A DNA stretch of 62,940 nucleotides, counting the filler, from Folioceros fuciformis (taxonomy: Eukaryota): the NCBI GenBank assembly GCA_049999805.1. It is 4 parts of 4 records of this genome, joined end to end, with 100 filler letters (N's around TTAATTAATTAA, not from the genome) between each part and the next. Parts side by side here need not be neighbours in the genome. Positions count along the whole stretch, not along the records: positions 52,681 to 62,940 come from JBNGIO010004096.1; 3 more parts are not named here. The stretch is one strand, 5' to 3'. Position numbers and translations under genes: made by a program. Each line of letters opens with the position of its first letter. Positions within the stretch are counted from its first letter, which is position 1. Below are positions 52,756-62,940 of the stretch, piece by piece. The notes under the pieces are model-generated. The model had not been told where the DNA came from and searched no databases. It worked only from the letters and a program-made list of their open reading frames with translations.

Positions 52756-53721
52756 TTGACATACATGATGGCACCTCAACAACGACCATACATGATGGTA
52801 CCTCAACAACAACCACATAAGATGGCATTGCAACAAGAACCATATAAGATGGCGCCTCAACTACCACCAAACATGATTGCACCTCCATATAGGATGGCGT
52901 CTCCACCTCAGAACATAAGACCATCGGCCGGGAACATAGAAGCATCAGGTTCAATGATGGTGGGGAACATAAGAGCATCGGGTTCAATGATGGCAATGAA
53001 CATAGGAGCATCGGGTTCAATGATGGCAGTGAACATAGGAGCACCGGGTTCAATGATGACGGCGAACATAGGAGCATCAGGTTCAATGATGGTGGGGAAC
53101 ATAAGATCATTGAGTTCAATGATGGTAGCGAACATAGGAGCACTGGGTTCAATGATGGCAGCGAACATAGAAACATCAGCGGGGAACATAGGAGCATCAT
53201 GTTCAATGATGGCAGGGAACATAAGAGCATCGTGTTCAATGATGGCGGCAAACATTGGATCACCAGGTTCAATGATGGCAACGAATATAAGAGCACCGGG
53301 TTCAATGATGGCGGGGAACATAACACCACCAAGTTTAATGATGGCGGGGAACGTAGGAGCATCGATGGAGAACATAGGAGCATTGGGTTCAACTATGACA
53401 GATACAATCATAAGACAATTGCAACAATGTAACACGATGGCAAGTCATGATCAAAACACAATACCAACACCAACAACATCAATAGTGGCAAATGCGACCA
53501 CTAGACAACCTGCATAGATGATGGCAAGTCAAAACACAAAACCAAGACCATTACATCTGAAGAATCCGGAGAAGGGAGATAAAATGTTGAAGCAGCCATC
53601 CCATGCCATGGCAAGTCAAGATAAAGAGGGAATGGGCCAACCCCAACCTTGTGTGATGTTAGGTCAAAGCCCACTGTGGAGTAAAATGTTGTGTCCAAGG
53701 ACACCACGAGGTTCACACTAA
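52756..53721 (+). repeat. Met-rich tandem-repeat reading frame (27-bp then 33-bp units) with one in-frame TAG at 53515-53517
   Basis: 9-aa units (YMMAPQQRP-like) then about 14 11-aa units (NIGASGSMMAG-like); the frame continues as ORF 53518-53721. Confidence 0.75.
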
Positions 53722-54574
53722 CCCTCTATGTCGTTGTAGCCATGGGATTCGTTCCCAAGGGAATGATTTGTGCTAAGTAACATAGGTTTCTTCTACTACT
53801 GACTCTTACCTAGGTCAAGCCTTATCCACTACCGTTTCTACTACCCACTAGCTCCCTACCACGACCCCATGGTTAGCCTAGCTACCGTGGACTCTACTCT
53901 ACGACTCCGGTCCCTACCCTACGACTGCGGTCACTGGTTCCGCAACCAGTAGTGGTCTCCACGATCATGGCGGGTCCCACCCAAAACCCTAACTAATATT
54001 TTCCGGCACATGCGCCGCCGCGTGTTTCCAGCATGGGTTTCTACCCCAGGGGCTTCCAGACTCACGAATCTGGTCTTATTGGATGCTCCTCACACATGCA
54101 AATAATAATCCTTGGGGAACAAAACCTCGCGGATCAGCCACACTCTCTCGCACGTCCATGCATCACTCTCCACACATGCAAAACACACCAAAACTCTGGT
54201 GTACACTTATTCCTCACAGGTCTGTCTCCAAGTTTCTCCAATCTCCTAGCAACATCCACAAATCTTCAGCGGTTCCTCAGCAATTCTTTACAACCCCTCA
54301 CAAGCTTCAACAATCTCCAATCGTTCTCCACAAATTCTCAGAAATTCTTCAGAAATCATGTCCAAGCCTCAGCAATCTTTCTCAACCATCCAGCAATTTC
54401 TCAGTGGTTCTCTTCAGTCTCCAACAATCTCAGCAATCTTCCAGGGTCCTCCCCGGTCCCTCAACTCACTCACTCCTTCTCTTCACTCACTCCTCCAATC
54501 TTCTTCTTCTTCTCACACACCCACTACAACACCTCGTCTTCTCACACACGCTCTTCAACACCAGATTCGAAACG

Positions 54575-54861
54575 TAGCCACGGTTCAGGGAACAAGGGAA
54601 GGAGAAGTCCCCCTCCACTTCCACTCTACGCAACTGGCGGATTCACCCCCCTTACCTTCAATTGCGGACCATAGTTAGCCGTTCAGGGAATAAGGGAAAG
54701 AGAAGTTCTCCTTCCACTCCGCGCAACTGGCGGATTCGTCCCCCTCACCACTCACCGTAGAGCACAACTAGCAATTCAGGGAATAACGGGAAGGTGACCT
54801 TCCACTCAGTAGGGAATTTGCTTATTCGTCCCCCTCACCACTAGCTGCGGAGCAAAAAGCT
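54575..54861 (+). repeat. Three diverged ~95-bp tandem repeats, typical of retrotransposon non-coding internal regions
   Basis: TAGC..TTCAGGGAA(C/T)AA.GGAA...CCACTC...ATTC..CCCCCT.ACC recurs near 54575, 54676 and 54769. Confidence 0.7.
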
Positions 54862-55159
54862 CTTGATCACCCCTAGGATCATCGCGCACACACTACCCAC
54901 CTAGACATCTCCAATCTAGCCATGGGCAGTGTGGGGATCTCAACCGGGAAGAGTCTCCAACATTTGCTAATTTCTGAGACCCAACAGGCCTCTTTGTACA
55001 ACTCACCAGGGCGGGATCGTAGCCGCCATTAAGTCTAGTCTTACGCAGTCAAGCGCTCTTAATTGCGAGCAGCATTAGGTCCAAGAAAGCATCCTCACCA
55101 CATCTTAACTAAATATTATTCTAAGATGCAATGAATTCTGGCCTATCCTATTACCGTGC

Positions 55160-56840
55160 TCACCTCCTATCCGGCCTTCGCGTACTCCTTCCTTGGCTGC
55201 CAAATCCCTGGGCTCTCCTCCCTCTTTGCTTGTTAGGTAGGTCCTCCCATAGAACCTCCCCCTCACTTTCGCTGCCGCCTGACTTCTCCTGTTGGGGCAT
55301 GGGTGGTGTCCACCGGGGGGTCCTTCCCCCACCTTCCGATCGTCTTTTAGTGAGGACAATTACAGGTTCTTGGTCCACCCAGGCCTGCGCTTCCTCTTCT
55401 ATGAGTTCCTCCAGGACTGCCTCCGAGTAACAGGGAGACAACCCCCACACTCGGAAGCAATGGGAGAAGCATTGCCTGCGGGTCCTCAGTTGCAGGCAGT
55501 AAGCCCTTGTCCCTCCTATTTCCACACGCACATGGAAAGTAAGGTTAAGTACACAATCCCCATTCACGTAGAGACCAGGAATATAAGATTCCTCATCCAT
55601 ATGCTATAATACAATCTGGCCTCCTGCTGTAGATGAGGTGCTTACCCCCTCCTCCCGTGGGCTACCTCGAACTGTCTGTCTTCTACTCTCTAAGGGTACT
55701 AGGGGGGTCCTCTGTTCTTCTGGCTACCACTGTCCCCAACCCCATCCTCCTGAAGCAGGTTGTCATTCCAACTACCACGGTTGCGGGTTCCGCGACTCTT
55801 CCTACTTCCTCAGCTTTGGTGGGGCTTTCCTCTACCGCTGTGGTCTCCCTCTGACTAGTAGCGGCTTCTGCTATCACGGTCGTGGACCTGTTGCTTCGTT
55901 TGACCTTCCCTTTCCCTTTGACTTGGCTCCGGGCCTCATCCTGTTCTCGTTTGTAACGATCCGCGAGCTTCTGGACCTTCTCCACTGCAACCGCCTCTTG
56001 CTCCTGCGCTCTCAACAACTCCTACTGCATTTTCTGATTGGCTTCGTGGACCTCTTTGACTTGAGTCAGGAGCAGTTCTTGTTGATCTTTCATTGCTTGC
56101 ACTTCCTCCCAAGCCTGGCGTACTTCCTCCTACGCCTACGCCTTTGCTACACTTAGGGCCTGTCGGGCTTCCTCCAGTTGCTCTTGCCTTGCTTCCGCTT
56201 CACACAACTTGACCTGACCTCCCCTTCTCTTTGTCCCTACATGCTCAGCCAAGTGAGCGCCCGTGTAGCCTGATCCAGCATATCCACTTGCGCCCGGACC
56301 ATGGCCGCTGTTAGGCCCGGAATATCCATCTGTTAGGGTGCACCTCCAGTAGCCATCCCTTTGTCCAGGATTCTCCTCCCCAACAGGGTGCGCACCCTTG
56401 CCAATTCCTTCGCCTGTAAGTTCGCCACCAAAGGGGTGTCCTTGAAGATCTCTTCCCACCATGGAAAGAGTTCTTCCCCCAGAGTCAGCCCTAATTTCCC
56501 TGCCACCTCAGTCGGTTTTACCTTCTCAGCTGGCATTGATTCCTTGGATTTCGCTAAGGAGGTGGCCGGCTATGTGGCCCTTGTTTTCTGGGCAAACTCC
56601 TACAGCGCCAAATTCGTTGCTAACCTGGTGACGCGTGCACTCGCTTTCCTCCTCTTCGCGGGAGTCTTTCGCCCGGCTCCTGCCTTCCATTTCTTGCTGA
56701 CCAACGCCTCCTCTTCCAAGCTTCCCGTCGCCCCGGACTCCAAGCTGCGATTGCACTCCACTTCGAAAATACCCCATGACACTTGGGTCCCCACTTAGGG
56801 TTTCCATTCGTTCGCGGCGCTTTGGTTCCATAACCATCCT
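55160..56840 (-). mobile_element. Decayed coiled-coil ORF, probably an accessory ORF of an LTR retrotransposon
   Basis: Consecutive minus-strand ORF pieces (WEEIFKDTPLVANLQAKELARV, EARQEQLEEARQAL, LLRAQEQEAVAVEKVQKLADRY) separated by single stops and frameshifts. No RT or integrase motif seen. Confidence 0.45.
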
Positions 56841-56948
56841 GGAGCTCTGCTATTGATTACTCCCTCCACGACGGTTGTCCATCTTCCCCAACCGTTGCTG
56901 AGTTAAAGCTACTTCCCTTTTCAACCTAAGTCCATGGTTCCTTTCATC

Positions 56949-57048
56949 NNNNNNNNNNNNNNNNNNNNNNNNNNNNNNNNNNNNNNNNNNNNNNNNNNNN
57001 NNNNNNNNNNNNNNNNNNNNNNNNNNNNNNNNNNNNNNNNNNNNNNNN
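56949..57048. other. 100-N scaffold gap
   Basis: N run. Confidence 0.95.
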
Positions 57049-57398
57049 CCTTACATAGGCTCTTTAGGACCTTCAAGGACCGAAGGCCAAGGAACAACTA
57101 GCACCCCTCTTGACTTGGTCCACGGACCAATTATTGGTCAACCCTATTCCTAACCTCAAAACTTTGAGACCCAAGGAGGTCTTGAGTATAAATACCCTGG
57201 CCCATTCTTAACCTAAGCCACTTTCACACCCAACTTACCAAAAAGCAAAAAAAACACTTAGTCTCACACTTGGGCAGAGGATTTCTAAACATTTTTCCAT
57301 TTACACTCAACAACATTCATATCTTATAAAGGTGGTAACACTATAGGCCAAGGAAAGGTCACCAAGCAAAATTAAAAGATTTAGAAATTGGCCCATCA

Positions 57399-58151
57399 TT
57401 GGAACCAGTTTCTTACATGGATGTTAATCCCATATTAAATGTTTATCACGACTTCACAAAGATGGATCTAGAAGAAAATGATGACTTCAAAAGGATATAC
57501 AAGGAATTTCAAGATATGATAGATTCTGAACAACATCCTGACTTCACTAAGAGGGACAAGCAAGTTCAAGCATGTGATATCTATAAATCTCAACAATATG
57601 ATATCCATGATCTCGATCCTAAAGAACATCATGCCTTCATAGAGATCTGCAACAAATTTCAACAAGATGTAGTTTTTAGAGTATATGATAACAACCTTCA
57701 TGACTTTGAAGAGCTGTCCAAGGACTCAAAAGATATTGTACATAAATATTGTGTGGACGACTCCTAAAAGCTGGACAAGGAATTTCAACATGATCTAGAA
57801 CAATATTGTGACATAACTGAAGTTTCTCCTCTTGAACTCCAAAGTTATAATGATAAGTCATATCTTCCTCCTTTGGATACCTTGACCAAAGAATGCGAAG
57901 AAGGTGCTTTACTCAAAGATCTTCACAATCAACAACAAAGAATTCTAGCAAGCCAAGAACATATTGCAGCCCATGAAGATCTCCAAACTCAACAAGAAAT
58001 CACAAATGAACAACAACTTGAAGACATCTCGAGAAAACTCTCGAGCAACCACCTTCATGCCACAATAGCCCAAGTGGAAAAAAAAGATTACGCACAGAAA
58101 CATCACATGCATCTAGTCCACACAAAAGCAAGAAAAGGAAACAAATCTTAG
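57399..58151 (+). pseudogene. Acidic ~250-codon reading frame with one internal TAA; unknown product, probably element-borne
   Basis: ORFs 57399-57767 and 57873-58151 are in the same frame, interrupted only by TAA at 57765-57767; TATAAATA near 57187. Confidence 0.4.
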
Positions 58152-58530
58152 AGGAACATTATTCATTGTTTGTACCATGTTAGGGAAGAGGCTAGTTTCT
58201 CCTCCATCTAAGGGAAGAGGCTAGTTTCTCCTCTCCCTCTTTTTGTCTCTCTGTCTCTCTCTATTTTTACTAGTTTTCAACAATATCAATCAAGTTGTTT
58301 TATATTCGTCTCGAGTAGTAGCATCTTATCTCGAACAAATCATATTAATACGTGACACTTGTTTCTTAGCCTTAGCATTGGCCTCTTGCTTCATCTCCTA
58401 ACATGCGTTATGACTTGGAATATGGTGTGGAGAATCTGGAGCTAGCAATCTTCCCTCTCCATCTTTCTTTATGCATGTCATGGACATGCTTTTTCCGGAT
58501 GCTCGGGAATAACTACTTCCTTCAGTTTCT

Positions 58531-59136
58531 TCAATCTTCATCGCCAACAACCTTACCATTGTGATGCAAGTTTGGGCCCGCTCTAGTTTGTGACCATCTT
58601 GTTTCCTCACCTTGGACAAAGTGGGGTATGTAAGCCGCGCATCGCAAGTCCGCCTCAACTACGATGCAATTCCTTCTTGAAAGCAGCCCTGCCACTGTTG
58701 TTGTCCTACGGCCAGAGCAAGTATCCACCACCTAATCTCCTCCCTCGGAGAATGCAAGCACAAGTTTCATCATAAGACCCAGCGGTCGCTGATACGGGCA
58801 TACCACATGTTTATCATGCGACAGATAAATCTGCTTCTTCACAACCGAGTCATGGACAGTGATAGATCTTCCTATGTTGAATGGTGGACGGGATACTCCA
58901 GGAAGCATGAATACTCTATCTTTTCCATAGCTGTCTTTTGCACCCCAAGCCACTGTGTTGTACTCCACAGTCTCATAAATTGGAGCCCGCCTGCGGAGAA
59001 AAAGGAAATGAGGAAAGAAAAACGTAAAACCTACGTAGCGAGTAATAGCCGCTAGCATCACCATACAAAACCTGATGGCAAGGAAACATAGGGCAAGTAC
59101 ATACCAATTCTTACAGGTATATATGTTACGAAGTTG
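58531..59136 (-). pseudogene. Beta-class (circularly permuted) N4-cytosine/N6-adenine DNA methyltransferase, C-terminal half, intron-containing and disrupted
   Basis: QLRNIYTCKNW|(GT-AG intron 58991-59104)RAPIYETVEYNTVAW...CPYQRPLGLMMKLVLAFSEGGD*VVDTCSGRRTTTVAGLLSRRNCIVVEAD. This follows the N6_N4_Mtase pattern HPxQKP..L...LI...S..GD.VLDPF.GSGTT.VA.....R..IG.E.D. In-frame TAG at 58732-58734; catalytic (D/S/N)PPY motif not found. Confidence 0.78.
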
Positions 59137-59235
59137 ATTGCAACTGATTGTAACTGTAGACCGACAATGCATTTTGTGGTTGCACGGTGTGGGTGGAGTT
59201 GTGCTTGTTGTTCGCGCATGCAAGGTGTGTTGCAG

Positions 59236-60112
59236 GTTGTTGCTTCGGATGGCCCTAACCAAGCAGCATATTTAGTAGTGGCGTTTGGGCATGCTCTCTA
59301 CAATTTCCTTTCAGTGTAATACCTTGCACAAGCAACCCTACTCTCCACATTGTAGTTGCTTGTTGTGCGTTGTGCTAATTGCAAGTGGTGGTAATTATTA
59401 CCCACACCCCCTTTTGTGCTTTATGCAGGCATTGCAAGTTGCCCAGGACAACGCCTATATGAAAGGCCTGGAGGGATTGGACTATCTCCTTGATATGTAT
59501 CGCTTGCACTTGGCCTTGACCACATTGTGCAAAGAGTGCAAAAGCAGAATGGAGCCCTTGGATGCCTACCTACATGCTCGGACGTAGGAGAAGGCCACTC
59601 CGTGGGCGTGGACAGGCATTTGCCTCCTTCACTCTCGGCAGTAATGGGGGGAGGGGGGGATATGTCCGGTGCCTTAGGGACGTGTGTGTTGTGGGGTGAG
59701 ACCCTATGTAGCTTTGCCTTGTCCTCATGGGCTTTGAAATAAAGGTGGGCATTTCATTCCCCACTAAGGTTGTGCAAACCTCCTACCGTTTGTTTGTCCC
59801 CCTTGTCCTCCTCACATCCATGCAATTGCATAGTGAGGAAGGCATGGAAGGGATGTCCCCTTTAGTAGGTTGTGGATTGGAGTGGCGAATACCCAGAAAT
59901 GAACCCGAGGCCGGTCTGGGGTGTGCATGGAGGTGAGAGAGATGTGTGCACACAAGATAGAACGCTGAATGGTGAAGTTCGTCGTGAACCTTGCAATCGG
60001 AGGATGGATGCTAAACCACAAACCCTATTCCTAATAGAAAAAAAAGTGAATGACTGTGAGTGAGAGAGTCGGATCCGCATACGTGAGGAAGAAAATATTA
60101 TCACACCCTAAG
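59236..60112 (+). pseudogene. Spliced coding remnants of an unknown element gene, weakly resembling KDZ transposase C-terminal helices
   Basis: Exon-like pieces after pyrimidine-rich AG acceptors at 59235, 59428 and 59868: HALYNFLSV*YLAQ, ALQVAQDN...LDAYL, LFLIEKKVNDCE*ESRIRIR. Confidence 0.3.
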
Positions 60113-60469
60113 GTCTGTCCCGATCGGGACACCTAGATGGCGCCCTACGACCGAAGGGGGCATATGTGTTATGTCCAAAAGTTTGAATCGTATACCGCCG
60201 CACAAAACTTTGTGTAAAAGCCTACGTGACCGTATCATATTCCATATGTCATACCTACAATACTCATCTTATTCAATAATTACCATATGCCACTTCAAAC
60301 TTCACAGCATCCTTCCACGTTCGGCTTGTTGATGCCGGCTCCCGATGCTAGTTGCTTGAGTTCCTTGTTTTTCCTTTCTCTTCTATCTTTGTGGTCTATA
60401 CTGGCTACTGTCTCCGACTACTAGTGACTGTCCCCTGTCCCTACTATCACTTGCTATCCTCTCCTAGCA

Positions 60470-62500
60470 TGCTAACCGCCCTTGGTTGTAGCTGGTTTGT
60501 GTGTATGCGTGCTTCACGTAGCTGGTCGGGATGGTGTCAAGTAGTAGCATCTTATGTGACGTCGCAAAGATTGTGGACAAAATTTTCCATCCGAAGAGAA
60601 GCTTGTGCAGCATATGTGTGGAAACATGAAATGATCTAATATTCTCGAGGTGTTGCAAAGGTCAACATAATTAAAGCGCTTCAGCATGTCTTCATCTATG
60701 TACCACTTCGAAGCCACATCCATGGAGTCTTTAAAAACAATTTCAAGGAAAGTTGAGCTTAGCATCGCTTGTTGCTTGGTTTCCTGCAGTCTAATAATAT
60801 AAGGTTTCCTGCAATCTAATAATGATTTGTTATTGACCTATGGGTTGAAGGATACAACAATACTCTGACCATCACTTGGGCTCCACTTCCATGGATGAAA
60901 TTTGTGTAACTATATTATGAAACTAAGCTTTGATCAAAGTTGAGAGTCTTCTGGATTACAAACAAGAATATTACCAGGTAAAATGTAGTTTCTATTTTAG
61001 ATTCACGTAGGACTAGTGACGTTTGTTTTTATTCAGTACTAAGATGTATGAGATAGACAATAATAAGGTTCAATTTTTTGAACTTCAAATCATTGATGAA
61101 GATGGGGATTATCACAGAAGCATATGAAATGGAATCACACTGAAAAGATCCTAACTCCCGAGCAAATAGATTCTCTTGTTCCACCTGTTCGGGAGTTAGG
61201 ATGTTCTGAGTATGAAAGATGTAGATTAAGAGCCTCCATTCCGTGTGCTTCTGTAACAACCTTCCATCTTTATCGATGACTTGAAGTTCAAAAAAATAAA
61301 CCTCACTGGCGTCTATCTCATAGAGCTTGGTACTAAATAAAAACAAACATACATAAATACCTCAAAAACACTTATCCTATATGAATCTATAAACCGTATT
61401 TTACTGAGTAATAGTCTATCTATATATAGTCTAGAAGATCCTAAACTTTGATTAAAGCTTAGTCTCGTAGTATAGTTGCACAAATTAGAAGCCCGAGTGA
61501 TATCAAAGTATTTTTATATTCTTTAACCTGTAGGTCAGTATCAAATCATTATTAAACCACAGGAAACCTTATCAGACCAAGATCAGAGTACTAAGTGACA
61601 AGCATGCTAAGCTCAACTTACCTTGAAATTATCTTTTGAAGACTGCAACAACTTGAACTTCAATAACTTGAAGTTCAAAAAAAAACCTCACCAACATCTA
61701 TCTCGTAAAGCTTGGTAGAGAATGAAAACACATGTATAAAGCACTAATAACATTCTTACCTGTAGTTTAGAAAATCTGAAACTTTGGTCGATGCTTAGTC
61801 TTTAGACGTCTTTCATCCGTGGAAGAGGAGCCCAAGTGATGGTCAAAGTATTACTGTCCTGTAAATAAGTGACAATCATCGTCCAAGGCACATATGATAA
61901 ATATATATCATTATTGCAACATGAAACCTTATCAGACCAAGTGATAACGAAGATAACCTCAACCTACGTTGAAATTGTCTTGTGCTCAACCTACCTTGAA
62001 ATTGTCTTGGGAAGACTCTATGGCATTGTCTTGTGAAGACTCCCCAAAAGTCTCTATGGCATTGTCTTGTGAAGACTTCCCAAAAGTCTCTATGGCATTG
62101 TCTTGTGAAGACTTCCTCGCACATGCCTTCAAAGTGGCAGGTCCCCTCGAAGTGGTATCACAAGACTCCATGGCAAGTGCCTTAAGAAGTATGTAGCTGG
62201 AGACGATGTCGCTGCGCTGTTAAGCTCTCTTGCTACAGATGACGTATTAGTTAAGCTATCTTGCTAGAGACGATGTCGACGCACTTAGGTTAAGCTCTCC
62301 TGCTGCACATGATGTCGACGTGATTTAGTTAAGCCCTCCTCGTACGCTGACCTCTGCAACATCTGAAGAGAATTTCATGTTGCCGAAGCTCTGTCTACAA
62401 CCTATGTGAGGACAAACAAAAAGCTGCACACTTGACACCATCCCGACCAGCAATGTGAAGCATACAAAGAAAGCAGCTACAGCCGAGGGCAGTCAGCAAC
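60470..62500. repeat. Large diverged inverted repeat (fold-back) centred near 61175, right arm partly tandem-duplicated
   Basis: Central stem ATCCTAACTCCCGAGCA (61148-61164) / TGTTCGGGAGTTAGGAT (61186-61202). 60725-61105 pairs with 61262-61645; 61660-61990 repeats part of the right arm; CTTGACACCATCCCGACCAGC near 62430 is the reverse complement of the stretch near 60520. Confidence 0.8.
62016..62116 (+). repeat. 36-bp tandem repeat, ~2.8 copies
   Basis: CTCTATGGCATTGTCTTGTGAAGACT(C/T)CCCAAAAGT at 62016, 62052, 62088. Confidence 0.85.
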
Positions 62501-62660
62501 AGCTGAAAGAGGGTAGGGAGCAGTAGTCAGCAGAGGAACCCCGACCCTAGACGGGAGAGGGGTTTACGGTCCCCGGGGACAATCAGCAATAGCTGGGAGA
62601 GAGCACTCTGCCGGCAATAGCCGAGGAAGAGCAGCCAACAATAGCCCACATACAGCTTTG

Positions 62661-62870
62661 GAGCCAGCCTGCAGAGAAAAAGGAAATGAGGAAAAGAAAA
62701 ACTTGGAACCCACGCAGTGAGCAACAGCCGCCAACATCACCATACAGAACCTGATGGCAGGGAAACATAGGGCAAGCACATACCAATTCTTCCAGGTATA
62801 TATGTTGCGAAGTTGCAGCCCGGGCGGCTTGGCTCGGCTGATGACGCGCAAATATTGCCCCTTCTATGAA
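62661..62870 (-). pseudogene. Second fragment of the DNA amino-methyltransferase gene (exon + intron)
   Basis: ~155-nt diverged direct repeat of 58983-59136; translates S*KGQYLRVISRAKPPGLQLRNIYTWKNW|, matching the beta-class GF.LRN.I.W.K segment; same intron position. Confidence 0.7.
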
Positions 62871-62940
62871 AGATGCCGTCGACCTTGTAGGATCACTAGA
62901 GGAGCATGGTGGAGGAGAGGAGAAGAGGAGGCAGAGAGGA

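Larger units (their letters stand above)
52681..62940. mobile_element. Putative large DNA transposon or composite element bounded by inverted repeats, with nested insertions
   Basis: 52681-52736 equals the reverse complement of 62885-62940 (55/56 nt). The interior holds only decayed ORFs, tandem repeats and duplicated gene fragments. Confidence 0.55.

Noticed and set aside
54033-54678. Three overlapping plus-strand ORFs (213, 164, 106 aa)
   Set aside because: G-poor, low-complexity C/T/A sequence stays open in all frames by composition.
53771-58377. TGCTAAG...CTTAGCA as matched termini of one nested LTR element
   Set aside because: Only a 7-bp match, no target-site duplication, and an N gap lies between them.
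34378-59136. A gamete-related cluster linking GEX1 with the 4mC/6mA-type methyltransferase
   Set aside because: Two artificial contig joins separate them and the MTase is a decayed element-associated copy, so no linkage is supportable.
1-62940. tRNA, rRNA or snoRNA genes; bacterial contamination
   Set aside because: No RNA-gene signature recognised by eye (a covariance search was not possible). Spliceosomal introns occur throughout, including in the MTase remnant, which argues against contamination.

Overview
Eukaryotic plant nuclear DNA with dense genes and short spliceosomal introns. Intron size, gene spacing and gene content suggest a non-seed land plant, probably a Selaginella-like lycophyte (inference). 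The window is at least four contigs joined by artificial 100-nt N44-TTAATTAATTAA-N44 spacers (29366, 43309, 52581), plus ordinary N gaps. Bases 1-50 kb hold about 14 recognisable genes: LRR-VIII-1 receptor kinase, NAD-dependent GPDH, CSP41b, small-multidrug-export-family protein, complex I B8/ASHI, DCAF1, an intronless SGS3-like XS-coiled-coil-RING gene, a BAR-SH3 protein, a SABATH methyltransferase, GEX1, two lipases, a PPPDE/DeSI peptidase and a conserved hypothetical gene. Copia remnants and minisatellites are interspersed. The last contig (52681-62940) is bounded by a terminal inverted repeat and filled with decayed mobile-element sequence. It contains an intron-bearing, pseudogenised bacterial-type beta-class N4-cytosine/N6-adenine DNA methyltransferase (plus a second fragment), possible KDZ-like transposase exons and a ~2 kb fold-back. 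Other highlights are a GEX1 tail with S/T-P-basic repeats ending in a CaaX box, and the XS-RING fusion. All protein assignments come from manual translation and motif recall, not database searches.
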